From Prorocentrum cordatum (taxonomy: Eukaryota), in contig CAUYUJ010000219.1 in NCBI GenBank assembly GCA_963575745.1, positions 1-64,000 on the forward strand: a stretch of 64,000 nucleotides of DNA. The letters run 5' to 3'. The position numbers and the translations under genes were made by a program. A model generated the notes under the pieces. That model had not been told where the DNA came from. It was given only the letters and a program-made list of their open reading frames with translations, and searched no databases. Position 1 is the stretch's first letter; every line of letters starts with the position of its first letter. This document shows, piece by piece, positions 1-13,169 of this stretch.

Positions 1-175
1 GGAGGAGGAGCTGGTAAGACGAGGGGGGCGGGGTGGGCGCGCCAGTGGCGCTGCCTGCGCGGACCGCACCGGTGCCTGCTGTGCTGCTGCCCGCGCGCTG
101 CTGGCTGCGATCGGGAGGGGCACCCGCGGGCCGCTCTCGTGCCGTAGCCCGTGGGGAAACCAAAAACTACCGATC

Positions 176-296
176 CCTCCTCCTCCTCCTCCTCCTCCTT
201 CCTCCTCCTCCTCCCCCTCCTCCTCCTCCCCTCCTCCTCCTCCTCCTCCTCCTCCTCCTCCTCCTCCTCCTCCTCCTCCTCATCATCCTCCTCCTC
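176..296. repeat. (CCT)n microsatellite
   Basis: Direct reading: near-pure cct repeats. Confidence 0.95.
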
Positions 297-2631
297 AAAA
301 CGCACCGATACCGCTGCTCCCTGGACCTCTCCCGGGGTGCGTTCTGACCAGAGCTTCGGGGCGAAGCAAGCGGTGGCGACGAGGGCCTCCCAGGAGACCC
401 GGAGGAGGAAAGCGAGGCAAAAGTGGCGGTATCGGTACCTCTTCCTACTCTGAGCCCGTGGCCAGGGCGCCCAGATCCAGCGATCCGCGGAGGAGCCCGC
501 CGCCGGGGCAGCAGGAAGAGGAGAGGGCCGTGCACGCGCACGCCTCGGGGGCGCCCAAGCGGGGGGTTCACAGGTCGTGGCCATAGGCACGTGTCGGGGG
601 CTGCTCAAGGTGCCCTTGGCCCAAGGTGCCCCCAGATTTTCGTTCCATTTCGAACCCCTGGGAACCTTTGGGCCTCGTGATGTGTGCTCTGGAGGCCGTT
701 GGGGCATCCTTGGAAATCCTGGGGGCACTTTGGGCCAGGGGTACTTCTAGCAACACCCGAACGCGCCCGGCCCCGGGGGGCAGCCGAGGGACACATTCCC
801 TGAGCCCTGGGCGTCACGATTTGTTCGCAATGGGCGCTTTCGCCCAGTTTCGGGCTCCAGGACCCTCACAGATCGATCCGACTCGAAAAATGGCGTGGAA
901 AGATGGGTTCTAGGACTCTGGGCGCGATTTTTCGCGAGGTCGCGATTTCTTCGCAACGTCGGATCGCAGGGTTGAGACACTACAAAAGTGCCATGAAATC
1001 CAGGGAGCTACCATGGCCCCAGCCATAATATCCACCTTCCCCCCCAGCTTGGGGCCCCCAACCTGTGCGGTGACGGACCGCGTGGTGACCTCGGAATCTC
1101 CAACGACCTCACTGCACGATCCATCACCACACGGTTGTGTGGACAGTGGAGGCCCCCGTCGCCCGAGACACCCTCGGAGAGCGACCCGAGTCACAGAACC
1201 GCGCGGTGACCCCGGATCCCCACGGACTCACTGCACGGTGCGATGACCACACGAACGACGAAAATTAGGAGAAAACAAACCTACCTCGCTTTTGACCACC
1301 CTCGCTTCCAAGTGATACCAAACGATGCCAAATTGCAGCCTGTACTGGTCAGGCCGCTTGACGAGGAGGCGCGTGGTATGGCTTGGTTTTGCCTGGAAGC
1401 GAAAGCGGGGTAGGTAATTCACGCTCTGAGAAAAGGAGCAGCTCCGACGCGAGATGTCGCAGCGACCTCACGCGGTGGCTCACGCGGGCCGCCCGCGAGG
1501 CACGCTGCCGCTCCGGGGAAAACGAGGGCGCGCACGCGCGAGCTCGCGCGGGGAGCTGACGCGCGCGTGCCGGCACAGTCGACCCCGCGATGCAATCGGC
1601 GACGCCGGCGACGCGTCGCCGCGGTGAGAGCTGAGAGAAGCTGGACGCACACCGAGCCGCCTCGCCGATGCGTCGACGGCGCGGTGCGATCCGCCGACCC
1701 CGCCTGCTCGGAGCCCAGCCAGAGGGCTCAAGGCCTCGCCGCCAGCCCCGCCTCCTCTCGGGCGCCCCCGCGCGCCGCTCCTGGCCAGGCCCCCCCCCTC
1801 CGCCACCTGCGCGCCCGGGAGCGGTGTCCTGCGCCCCCGCCTGGCCAGGAGAGCCCCGAATCGAGTCGATCGAAGTCGGACCGGCGATCGAAGTGGATCG
1901 GATCGGCGGGAATCGGCAGCCGGGTCGGGGAAAGTCGAATCGGCGGAAATCGGCAGAACAGGAAGGCCCCCACTGGAGGCCGAGGAGGAGGAGGAGGAGG
2001 ACGAGGAGGAAGAGGAGGACCAGGGGGGAAGTCAGGGGGGGCGGGCCTTCTCAGAGGGCTCGGGAGGCCGCCAGCCGTCTGCTGCTCCGAGGACATGGGC
2101 GGCTTCTCAGAAGGCCAGAAGGCTTCTGAGAAGCCTCGCTGCTTTCCGAGGAGTCCTGCCCCCTCTCCCCCTCCTCCTCCTCCTCCTCATCTTCCTCCAC
2201 CACCATCTCCTCCTCCTCCTCCTCCTCCTCCTCCTCCTCCTCCTTCTGCGGAGTCCTGCCCCCTCTCACTTTCCCCCCTGGGCGCGCCGCCGACCTACCC
2301 CTGCAGGTCCGACGTCTGCAGCGCCAGCCGGGATACAGGATTCGAAGGGCGTCTGCAACCCAGGGAACCCCCAGCGGGGGTGTCCGATACCCAAGCGTCG
2401 GTTGGACCCGCAGGGGTCGGGTTCGCAGCTGGTCGCAGAAGGTCACACACCCACACACACCGCTGAAGGGAGAGGAGAGAGGGAGAGAGGTCCCGACGCA
2501 ATCTTCCAGCCGTGCCGCCTGCACTCGCCAGCGCACGGGGCGCGCCGCATGTACCAGCCTGACCTGGGGGGCTCCCTCGGGGGGGGCCAAGAGAAGCCCA
2601 GATAGGCGCAACCGACCACTCGTCCCACCTG

Positions 2632-3415
2632 TGATGGGCTTGTTTTCCACCGCCACCACCATAAGTGGGAGCGGAAGGGGGTCCTCCTCCTCCTCCTCCT
2701 CCTCCTCCTCATCCTCCTCCTCCTCTCTCCTCCTCCTCCTCCTCCCCTCTCCTCCCCTCCTCTCCTCCTCCTCCTCCTCCTCCTCCTCCTCCTCCTCCTC
2801 CTCCTCCTCCTCCCGCTCCTCCTCCTCCTCCTCCTCCTCCTCCTCTCACTCCTCCTCCTCCTCCTCCTCCTCCCTCCTCCTCCTCCTCCTCCTACTCCTC
2901 CTCCTCCTCCTCCCTCCTCTCTCCTCCTCCTCCTCCTCCGTCCTACTCCTCCTCCTCTCTCCTCTCCTCCTCCTCCTTCCTCCTCCTCCTCCTTCCTCCT
3001 CCTCCTCCTCCTCCTCCTCCTCCTCCTCCTCCTCCTCCTCCTCCTCCTCCTCCGCCTCCTAGGCCTCCTCCTCCTCCTCCTCCTCCTCCTCTCCTCCTCC
3101 TCCTCCTCCTCCTCTCCCCTCCTCCCTCCTCCTCCTCCTCCTCCTCCTCCTCCTCCTCTCCCCTCCTCCTCCTCCTCCTCCTCCTCCTCCTCCTCCTCCT
3201 CCTCCGTCCTCCTCCTCCTCCTCCTCCTCCTCCTCCTCCTCCTCCTACTCCTCCTCCTCCTCCTCCTCCTCCTACTCCTCCCTCTCCTCCTCCTCCTCCT
3301 CCTCCTCCGTCTCTTCCTCCCCCTCCTCCTCCTGCTCCTCCTCCTCCTCATCCTCCTCCTCCATCTCCTTCCCCCCGCCAACTTATGGTGGTGGTGGTGG
3401 AAAACAGGCCCATCA
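2632..3415. mobile_element. MITE-like element whose interior is a ~700-bp (CCT)n tract
   Basis: 35-bp inverted repeats: tgatgggcttgttttccaccgccaccaccataagt (2632-2666) and acttatggtggtggtggtggaaaacaggcccatca (3381-3415), 2 mismatches. A diverged left-end copy precedes another CCT tract at ~15378-15414. Confidence 0.7.
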
Positions 3416-3577
3416 ATCTCTGCACGTGGGGAGCAGAAGCAACCGCTGGGCTGCGAGCGCTCAGTAACGGCGCGGCTACTGGCACAGGGGCCGGGCACGG
3501 CACGGGACGGCCCACCTCTGGGCCGTCGGGGGGCTTTCCGAGCAGGCTGCCCCGGGCACCGCAGGGCGCCGCCAAAT

Positions 3578-6500
3578 CAACCAGCGGCCTCCACCTGAGC
3601 GACGATCAAAAACGGGCCTTGCGCACGATAACATAGCGACCTTACGACGCGGCTTACGCGGGCCGCCAGCGCGGCACGCCGCAGTGGCAACGAGGGCGCG
3701 TACGCGCGACCTTGCGTGGGCAGCTTACGCGCCAATGTCGGCGCAGACGACTCTGGTGTTCTTCCTTCTGCCCACCTGCACGTCAGAGCCTTCAATGCTC
3801 TTCGCACCCTGGGCTTCGTGCGCAGGGGGCAGATTCAGGCAAATCCCTGCGTGGTGCCGTCGGGCGGTCAAGGGAGAGCACTGGCACACAGCAGAGCACA
3901 TTGAAAGCGATTACACTCTCACGCGCACTTCAGAATTGGGAATGATCTCCTCACCCTCGTGCTTCAGAGAACTTTGAAGACACCGATGGGCAATCATCAC
4001 GAGCGCAGAGTACTGGCGAGGTTCCGAGCACTTCCGCAGAAGACGGAGCCCGATGTGTCTGCGAAGTGATCCCAGTGCTCAAGGGCGAATACTATAGAGC
4101 TTCATCGCGATGTGAAATCCATGACCACCACAAGCCTTCAGCAGTGGTATGCTCTCTGCACCCTTATGCATCGGAGAACTTTGAGGACCTTACCGATGAG
4201 CCATCCCAAGTGCACAAAAGATAGTGAGAATCGCGCGGGCTTGAGAATCGACAGTGATCCGCTTAATCTTCTGGACCCCAGGGAGGGGTCGACCTCAAGG
4301 GATTCAATCACGCAGACACTGGCCATCAGGACCCGACCAAGCACTGCGTAGTCAACTACTCCATCAAAGACTCTGGATCTCTGCTTGATGCTGCGAGTCC
4401 GCTTGCCCAGATTCGCCTCAGCCTTCGCTCGGCGGCGAGCGAGGGGGGGAAGCCAATAGGAGGAGGCCTTCTCATATGGCGGCGGGCCTTCCGAGCCTTC
4501 TGAGAAGGCCCGCTCCTTCTCGATGCCCCCCTGGGCTGGGCGCGATCAAAGTCGCCTGGCGGAATATGCCACCAGCAGCTGCACACCTGTTGCGCACGAG
4601 CACCGGCGACACGGTGTAGACTACATGGTTGGTTGGATGGGGTCTGGCGGCGGTTGATCAATCATTCTTATGCAGCCATTTTTCAGACAGGTGAGGGCGT
4701 AAGCAGGCTCCCAAGTCCCTAACTGAACGCGCCAGAAAAGGTGACGTCCAATAATCTTGTGCTTTGATCCTTGGAGTGAGAGCAGATCTAGAGCAACCAG
4801 CGGCCTCCACCTGAGCGACGATCAAAAACGGGCCTTGCGCACGATAACATAGCGACCTTACGACGCGGCTTACGCGGGCCGCCAGCGCGGCACGCCGCAG
4901 TGGCAACGAGGGCGCGTACGCGCGACCTTGCGTGGGCAGCTTACGCGCCAATGTCGGCGCAGACGACTCTGGTGTTCTTCCTTCTGCCCACCTGCACGTC
5001 AGAGCCTTCAATGCTCTTCGCACCCTGGGCTTCGTGCGCAGGGGCCAGATTCAGGCAAATCCCTGCGTGGTGCCGTCGGGCGGTCAAGGGAGAGCACTGG
5101 CACACAGCAGAGCACATTGAAAGCGATTACACTCTCACGCGCACTTCAGAATTGGGAATGGTCTCCTCACCCTCGTGCTTCAGAGAACTTTGAAGACACC
5201 GATGGGCAATCATCACGAGCGCAGAGTACTGGCGAGGTTCCGAGCACTTCCGCAGAAGACGGAGCCCGATGTGTCTGCGAAGTGATCCCAGTGCTCAAGG
5301 GCGAATACTATAGAGCTTCATCGCGATGTGAAATCCATGACCACCACAAGCCTTCAGAAGTGGTATGCTCTCTGCACCCTTATGCATCGGAGAACTTTGA
5401 GGACCTTACCGATGAGCCATCCCAAGTGCACAAAAGATAGTGAGAATCGCGCGGGCTTGAGAATCGACAGTGATCCGCTTAATCTTCTGGGCCCCAGGGA
5501 GGGGTCGACCTCAAGGGATTCAATCACGCAGACACTGGCCATCAGGACCCGACCAAGCACTGCGTAGTCAACTACTCCAGCAAAGACTCTGGATCTCTGC
5601 TTGATGCTGCTAGTCCGCTTGCCCAGATTCACCTCAGCCTTCGTTCGGCGGCGAGCGAGGGGGGGGAGCCAATAGGAGGAGGCCTTCTCATATGGCGGCG
5701 GGCCTTCCGAGCCTTCTGAGAAGGCCCGCTCCTTCTCGATGCCCCCCTGGGCTGGGCGCGGTCAAAGTCGCCTGGCGGAATATGCCACCAGCAGCTGCAC
5801 ACCTGTTGCGCACGAGCACCGGCGACACGGTGTAGACTACATGGTTGGTTGGATGGGGTCTGGCGGCGGTTGATCATTCTTATGCAGCCATTTTTCAGAC
5901 AGGTGAGGGCGTAAGCCGGCTCCCAAGTCCCAAACTGCACGCGCCAGAAAAGGTGACGTCCAATAATCTTGTGCTTTGATCCTTGGGGTGAGAGCAGATC
6001 TAGAGCAACCAGCGGCCTCCACCTGAGCGACGATCAAAAACGGGCCTTGCGCACGATAACATAGCGACCTTACGCCGCGGCTTACGCGGGCCGCCAGCGC
6101 GGCACGCCGCAGTGGCAACGAGGGCGCGTACGCGCGACCTTGCGTGGGCAGCTTACGCGCCAATGTCGGCGCAGACGACTCTGGTGTTCTTCCTTCTGCC
6201 CACCTGCACGTCAGAGCCTTCAATGCTCTTCGCACCCTGGGCTTCGTGCGCAGGGGCCAGATTCAGGCAAATCCCTGCGTGGTGCCGTCGGGCGGTCAAG
6301 GGAGAGCACTGGCACACAGCAGAGCACATTGAAAGCGATTACACTCTCACGCGCACTTCAGAATTGGGAATGGTCTCCTCACCCTCGTGCTTCAGAGAAC
6401 TTTGAAGACACCGATGGGCAATCATCACGAGCGCAGAGTACTGGCGAGGTTCCGAGCACTTCCGCAGAAGACGGAGCCCGATGTGTCTGCGAAGTGATCC

Positions 6501-8209
6501 CAGTGCTCAAGGGCGAATACTATAGAGCTTCATCGCGATGTGAAATCCATGACCACCACAAGCCTTCAGAAGTGGTATGCTCTCTGCACCCTTATGCATC
6601 GGAGAACTTTGAGGACCTTACCGATGAGCCATCCCAAGTGCACAAAAGATAGTGAGAATCGCGCGGGCTTGAGAATCGACAGTGATCCGCTTAATCTTCT
6701 GGGCCCCAGGGAGGGGTCGACCTCAAGGGATTCAATCACGCAGACACTGGCCATCAGGACCCGACCAAGCACTGCGTAGTCAACTACTCCAGCAAAGACT
6801 CTGGATCTCTGCTTGATGCTGCGAGTCCGCTTGCCCAGATTCGCCTCAGCCTTCGTTCGGCGGCGAGCGAGGGGGGGGAGCCAATAGGAGGAGGCCTTCT
6901 CATATGGCGGCGGGCCTTCCGAGCCTTCTGAGAAGTCCCGCTCCTTCTCGATGCCCCCCTGGGCTGGGCGCGGTCAAAGTCGCCTGGCGGAATATGCCAC
7001 CAGCAGCTGCACACCTGTTGCGCACGAGCACCGGCGACACGGTGTAGACTACATGGTTGGTTGGATGGGGTCTGGCGGCGGTTGATCATTCTTATGCAGC
7101 CATTTTTCAGACAGGTGAGGGCGTAAGCCGGCTCCCAAGTCCCAAACTGCACGCGCCAGAAAAGGTGACGTCCAATAATCTTGTGCTTTGATCCTTGGGG
7201 TGAGAGCAGATCTAGAGCAACCAGCGGCCTCCACCTGAGCGACGATCAAAAACGGGCCTTGCGCACGATAACATAGGGACCTACGCCGCGGCTTACGCGG
7301 GCCGCCAGCGCGGCACGCCGCAGTGGCAACGAGGGCGCGTACGCGCGACCTTGCGTGGGCAGCTTACGCGCCAATGTCGGCGCAGACGACTCTGGTGTTC
7401 TTCCTTCTGCCCACCTGCACGTCAGAGCCTTCAATGCTCTTCGCACCCTGGGCTTCGTGCGCAGGGGCCAGATTCAGGCAAATCCCTGCGTGGTGCCGTC
7501 GGGCGGTCAAGGGAGAGCACTGGCACACAGCAGAGCACATTGAAAGCGATTACACTCTCACGCGCACTTCAGAATTGGGAATGGTCTCCTCACCCTCGTG
7601 CTTCAGAGAACTTTGAAGACACCGATGGGCAATCATCACGAGCGCAGAGTACTGGCGAGGTTCCGAGCACTTCCGCAGAAGACGGAGCCCGATGTGTCTG
7701 CGAAGTGATCCCAGTGCTCAAGGGCGAGTACTATAGAGCTTCATCGCGATGTGAAATCCATGACCACCACAAGCCTTCAGAAGTGGTATGCTCTCTGCAC
7801 CCTTATGCATCGGAGAACTTTGAAGACCTTACCGATGAGCCATCCCAAGTGCACAAAAGATAGTGAGAATCGCGCGGGCTTGAGAATCGACAGTGATCCG
7901 CTTAATCTTCTGGGCCCCAGGGAGGGGGCGACCTCAAGGGCTTCAATCACGCAAACACTGGCCGTCAGGACCCGACCAAGCACTGCGTAGTCAACTACTC
8001 CGGCAAAGACTCTGGATCTCTGCTTCATGCTGCGAGTCCGCTTGCCCAGATTCGCCTCAGCCTTCCTTCGGCGGCGAGCGAGGGGGGGAAGCCAATAGGA
8101 GGAGGCCTTCTTATATGGCGGCAGGCTTTCCGAGCCTTCTGAGAAGGCCCGCTCCTTCTCGATGCCCCCCTGGGCTGGGCGCAGTGAAAGTCGCCTGGCG
8201 GAATGTGCC
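3578..8209. repeat. ~1.21-kb tandem repeat, 3.8 near-identical copies
   Basis: caaccagcggcctccacctgagc recurs at 3578, 4794, 6006 and 7218 (periods 1216, 1212, 1212). The same small ORFs recur in each unit. The last copy ends near 8209. Confidence 0.97.
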
Positions 8210-8789
8210 CGAGACGCCACTCGCCTGCTCCGTCCAAATCGGATCCCTGCTGCGAAGGTGGATCAGGGGCGGCCAAACACGGGGAACGGACCGCCACTGC
8301 CGCGCAGGGAAGTACGCAACGATGCTCCAGACTCGCAACCTTGGGAGACCCCAGGCACTCCGACTGCTTGCTTCACGCTGAGACCGGTCCCTTCCAGAGA
8401 AGGAGCACGCCCAACATTCACCAAGAGCACGGCCTCATCGGGACAGACCTGTGCGCATCACGATTCTCCAGACGCGCGCGGCCGCCCGGAGACGAGGTCG
8501 ACCGAACACGTCAGGGCCACGACACGACGTGTGGGAGGACGAGATGCAAAAGCCATACGCCCTAGGGCGCGTCGGCGGCGAGCGCAGCTTTCAGGCGGTC
8601 GCGAAAGCGTCACACGGCTCTCAGCTGCTGAACCCCCTTCATCTACACCGACACGAACGGCGTGTGACCACATGTGCACCCTGCCCCTTCAGGTCAGAGT
8701 GAAATCCTTAGGAACCCTTGCAAATCGTAAGAATTTGTAGGGGTTCCTAAGGGTTTCACTGGGGACCCCGACGGGCAAAGCGTTCGGTT

Positions 8790-8897
8790 TGCGCAAGGAG
8801 TCCTAAGGATTCGCAAGGGATTCCTAAGGATTCGTAGGGATTCGCAGGGATTCCTAAGGATTCCTAGGGACTCCTAGGGAGTCGTAGGGATTTCTAA
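8790..8897. repeat. 10-bp minisatellite (ggattcctaa-like)
   Basis: ggagtcctaa/ggattcgcaa/ggattcctaa/ggattcgtag units in tandem. Confidence 0.85.
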
Positions 8898-9112
8898 ACA
8901 AAAACGGCTGGGGCTCAGGACCTGAACGATGCAGCCAGGTGAGCCCCAGCAGGGGCGTCCGATATACCCAAGCGTCGGTAGGGTTCACGAGTGGTCGCAG
9001 AGTGCGGGGGGATGAGAGGGGAGGCTACACTCAACCAATAGATTTTGTTGTTGTTCCCATCGTACATGAGGACCACATCCCGGAAATTCGCCGGCCCAAC
9101 GGGCCAGAGGCG

Positions 9113-10758
9113 TGCTAAGATCTCCGGTAACTGGTTAACAATTTTCTAGTTCGCGCGCGCGGGGCGGCCCCTGGGGGTCCCCGGACGAAAAGTACCCCGA
9201 CCAGGTCCCAGCCGGTCCCCGGCCGGGTCCCGGCCGGGTCCCGGCCGGGTCCCCCCGAGCGCTCCATGAGCGCACCAACAGGGCTCCGAGACGTCCCCGA
9301 GAGCCCCAAGAAAGGCCAAGAGGCCCCCAAGAGGCCCCCAAGATGGTACACGAGGGGTCCGACATGCCACAAGATCGCTCCAAGACGCCCAAGATAGCCC
9401 CCAGACGCCCCAAGAGGCCTCCAAGAGCACTCCCAATAGGGCCCCCGGAGGCAAAAATCATTGTTTTTCCATAGGTTTTTGAGAGATTTTGGAGCTTCCA
9501 CCTTTTCGGCTTCCCGACGCCCCAAGACGGCCCAAGAGGCCCCCAAGATCGCCCCAAGAGGGCCCAAGAGGCACCCAAGAGGGCCCCAAGATGGCCCAAG
9601 AGGGCTCGAAGACGGCCCAAGAAGCCTCCAAAACGGTCCAAGAGGGCCCCAAGAACGCCCCCAAAGGGGCCCCAGAGAGGGAACACGAAACAACATTTCG
9701 AGCCCTCGGCCCTAAGAAGCCCCTACGAGGCCCCTAAGAGGCCCCAAGAGGCCCCCACGGGGCCCTCAGGAGGCCCCCAAGAGTCCCCCAAATGCCCCCC
9801 CGAGCGCCCCAGGAGTCCCCCAAGCGGCCCCAGGAACCCCCAAAGCGCCGCATTGACACCGGGCCCTCGGGCAAACGGCAGACATGAGACTGTATGGGCC
9901 GGCGGAATGAGCGAAGCGATTAAATAATTTCGAGCACCCGGAAAGATGCTAAGATCTCCGGTACCTGGTTAACAGCATTTCTAGTTCGCGCGCGCGGGGC
10001 GGCCCCTGGGGGTCCCCGGACGAAAAGTACCCCGGCAAGGTCCCGGCAAGTCCCTGGCAAGGTCCCGGCAAGTCCCCGGCAAGGTCGGGCCAGAGATGCC
10101 GGAGTTCTGTTACAGGGCCCCAGGACGGGCCAAGAGGTCCCCAAGAAGCCTCCAAGACGGTCCAAGAGGGCCCCGAGACGGCCAAAGATCGCCCGAAGAC
10201 GCCCAACAGGGCCCCAAGACAGCCCAAGAGGCCTCCAAGACGCCCCAAGGGCCTTCCAAGAGGCCTCCGAAGAGGGCCCCAAGAGGCCAAAATCGTTGAT
10301 TTTCATTGTTTTTTCTATGTTTTTTGCGTTCTGGCTTTTTCGGCTTCCGGACGCTCCAAGACGGCCCAAGAGGCCCCCAAGACCGCTCCAAGACGGCCCA
10401 CGAGGCTCCCAAGACGGCCCCGGAACGGCCCAGGAGGGCCCCCAAGACGGCCCAAGTGCCGCCCAAGACGGACCAAGAGGCCCCAAGACGGGCCCAAGAG
10501 GGGCTCAAGAGGGGAACCGAGAACTGAAAAATCGAGCCCTCCGCCCCAGAAGGCGCCCAGGAGGCCCCAAAAAGGCCCCAAGAGGCCCCCAAGAGGCCCC
10601 CAAGACGCCCCAAGAGGCGCCCAAGAGGCCCAAAAGAGGCCTCAAGAGGCCCCAAAACGGCCCCCAAGAGGCCCCAAAACTCGGCTAGCCCACAACGGTG
10701 CGACAATATGGGCCAGCGGAATGAGCGAAGCGATTAATAATTTCGAGCACGCGGAAAG
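9113..10758. repeat. Two tandem ~830-bp copies of a repeat element with internal 10-11-bp ggccccaaga units
   Basis: Shared head tgctaagatctccggta...gacgaaaagtacccc at 9113 and 9947; shared tail gcggaatgagcgaagcgatta(a)ataatttcgagcac at ~9902 and ~10716. Related ccaaga units occur near 57770. Confidence 0.85.
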
Positions 10759-11273
10759 GTGTCGACAGAGTGTCGAAGCAGTGTCGAAACAGTGTCGGAC
10801 GAGTGTCTCCCAGGGCCCGACACGTGAAGACCCTCGAGTCTCGGTACGTTGTTGGTGCTCGAAATTCTTTCTGATGGTCAACGCTCAAGTAGGTTGGAAC
10901 ATCATAGCCCGCAGAATACCTACGCACGATAAGGATACAGGGACCTTGGAAGGCCATGTCGACACTCTGCGGGCGGGGCGCGGATGCCAGCGAGAGCGGC
11001 CACGGATGCGCCGAAGGGGAAACATGCAAGGGTAACACTACAGTCCCAGCGAGTCTGCTGGTGCGCCATCATGCACCATCGGGAGAGGCGGGAGAGGCCG
11101 CAGACCTTCCCGCGGGCCTCCTCAGCACCCCCGAAGGCGCTCTCTGGCGCTGCCCGCCCGCATCGCGCAGCCACCTCCCGCCACTCGCCTGGGACCTGGC
11201 GAACACGGAAATGCAGTCGACCCGTAGAATACGGACGCACGATAAGGATGCAAGGACCACGGAAGGCCACGTC

Positions 11274-11441
11274 TAGGAGGGCACCAACTATACACCAACA
11301 CCGATCCTGGCCAGGATCACCCTGGGCCCAGGATTGGTGTATACGCCCTCCTGCCTTGCGCAAGAAGGCATATACACCGATCCTGGGCCCAGGGTGATCC
11401 TGGGCCAGGATCGGTGTTGGTGTATAGTTGGTGCCCTCCGA
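11274..11441. mobile_element. 168-bp foldback MITE with 5-bp TSD (acgtc)
   Basis: Arms ggagggcaccaactatacaccaacaccgatcctgg... and ...ccaggatcggtgttggtgtatagttggtgccctcc. acgtc lies at 11269-11273 and 11442-11446. An empty-site paralog lies at ~10910-11036. Confidence 0.9.
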
Positions 11442-12477
11442 ACGTCGGCACTCTGCAAGCGGAGCGCGGCCAGCGAAGGCGGCCGAGGATGGGCCGAAGG
11501 GGAAAGACGCAAGGGTAGCCTTGGAAACTCGTTCATCCTTACTGGACGGGTTGACTGTGATGGTGATGGGCACATAGCGACTCGCCACGCTGGTCGACCA
11601 GCCGGGGGGCGTAACCTGTCCGCAGCCGTACTCGTCCAGGAGCACCAGGAGGCACCCCGACCCTCATCAGCGTGCATGAACCAGACCAACCGTCCCGACC
11701 TCAGCCGTTGTTCCCCTCCCAGGCGAGGAGGACGGTCGAGGAGGAGCGCCGACGAGCCAGAGGAGCGGACGGTAGAGGGAGCCAGGCGGCCGCAAGCCAG
11801 GCCACGAGGCACGGCTCCTTTTTGATACACGCCGCGCACTGGCAGGCAGAAGCCGCGCAGCTCCGCCAGGCACGCGAAGGCACGCTGAAGGCACCGATGC
11901 ACCACAACCACAATGCCTGGCCAGGGCCCGGGAGGACGATGGCCAGGCATGGTGGTGGTGGTGGTGTACAGTGGGGGCCGATGGCAAATGGACACCCGAC
12001 AGGACACAAGCCCCCTCCGAGGGCAACCCGTGCTCCAGACATGAAGAGGCCATCAAACGCAGCAGACAAGGCACAGGGGCACATTTGCTTTCACAAAACC
12101 GACCTGCTCATCTGCTCCGACTGTAGGTGCCTTCTGCGGAGACGCACGGCCGCCATTCGCCAGCGCCTGGGGATTCGGATAACGTGCAGGCGGACGCAGG
12201 CTCGGTTCGGCTATGCGCATGGGCGACCCTACGGCGTCGTCGTCGTCGTCGTCGGCGGCGGCGACGTCGCAATCGTCATCGTAATCGTCGTCTGCGTCTG
12301 CGTCGTCATCGTCGTCGCCGATGACATGCTCCTCCGCTGCTGGCAAGGGTGACGTTTGACGCGCGGCCTGCCGACTGTTACGTGCGATGCGACAGCAGCG
12401 GCCTGGGCGTGCCTGGTTACGTTTCCTTTGGAAGCCGCGCCACAAGACAAGAGGCCTCTCCAGCGAAGGGCCTTTAG

Positions 12478-12676
12478 AGGCCTCCTAAATGGGGTTGGAG
12501 AAGATGCGTTCGGAGGATCGCGCGGTGATGTTTCGGCGACGCATCGACGATGCACTGGCGGCGTCGGCTATGCACCGGCGACGTCGGCTATGCACCGGCG
12601 CCGTCGTCATGAAAAAACCGGGGCCCCGCATCGAGGCGCATCGCGCGTTGCGGCGGGATCCTCCGACCACATCTGT
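12478..12676. mobile_element. AGGCCT-ended MITE family copy (right end truncated)
   Basis: aggcctcctaaatggggttggag...ggaggatcgcg left end, internal catcggcgatg-like repeats, gatcctccgacc right remnant. Matches copies at 21821 and 48806. Confidence 0.7.
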
Positions 12677-12842
12677 GAGAGGCTGATCCCTTGGGGACAC
12701 AGTGAGGCACGAAGCGGGCGACGAAATCGTCTGGGCGCCCCGGGTAGTTTCGCGTGCTTGGTCACCTGCCGCACGGTGGGATGGGCACCCCTGGCAGCCC
12801 GCCCAGCGGTGCGGCTGTTGGCCCACGCTCCCTTCTCGTCTG

Positions 12843-13017
12843 ACCACCTACCAGACCACCCCAACCCAACCCGAAGACCCGAATTTGACCCGAATTTCGG
12901 GTTGGGGGGGGTACGGGTTCCATATGTGTTTTTACCATGTTCCCCGACCCCCCCCCCGCTGGAAATGGAGGGCAAACTGAAGCCTTCGGGTTGGGTTGGG
13001 GTGGTTTGGTGGGTGGT
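12843..13017. mobile_element. MITE-like inverted-repeat element
   Basis: accacctaccagaccaccccaacccaacccgaag versus cttcgggttgggttggggtggtttggtgggtggt (34-bp arms, 2 mismatches). Confidence 0.75.
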
Positions 13018-13169
13018 GATCGTCATTGCCACATGTACACGAACCGTCGGCATTGCGACCAGCGCTCTGCTCCATCATCACCAGCGTCGCCGCCGCGGCA
13101 AGCACACACCGGCCCGCCAGCGGCGGCCGTGACAAGCATGGGCGGCTGGGAGGAATGCGCAGGGGCAAG

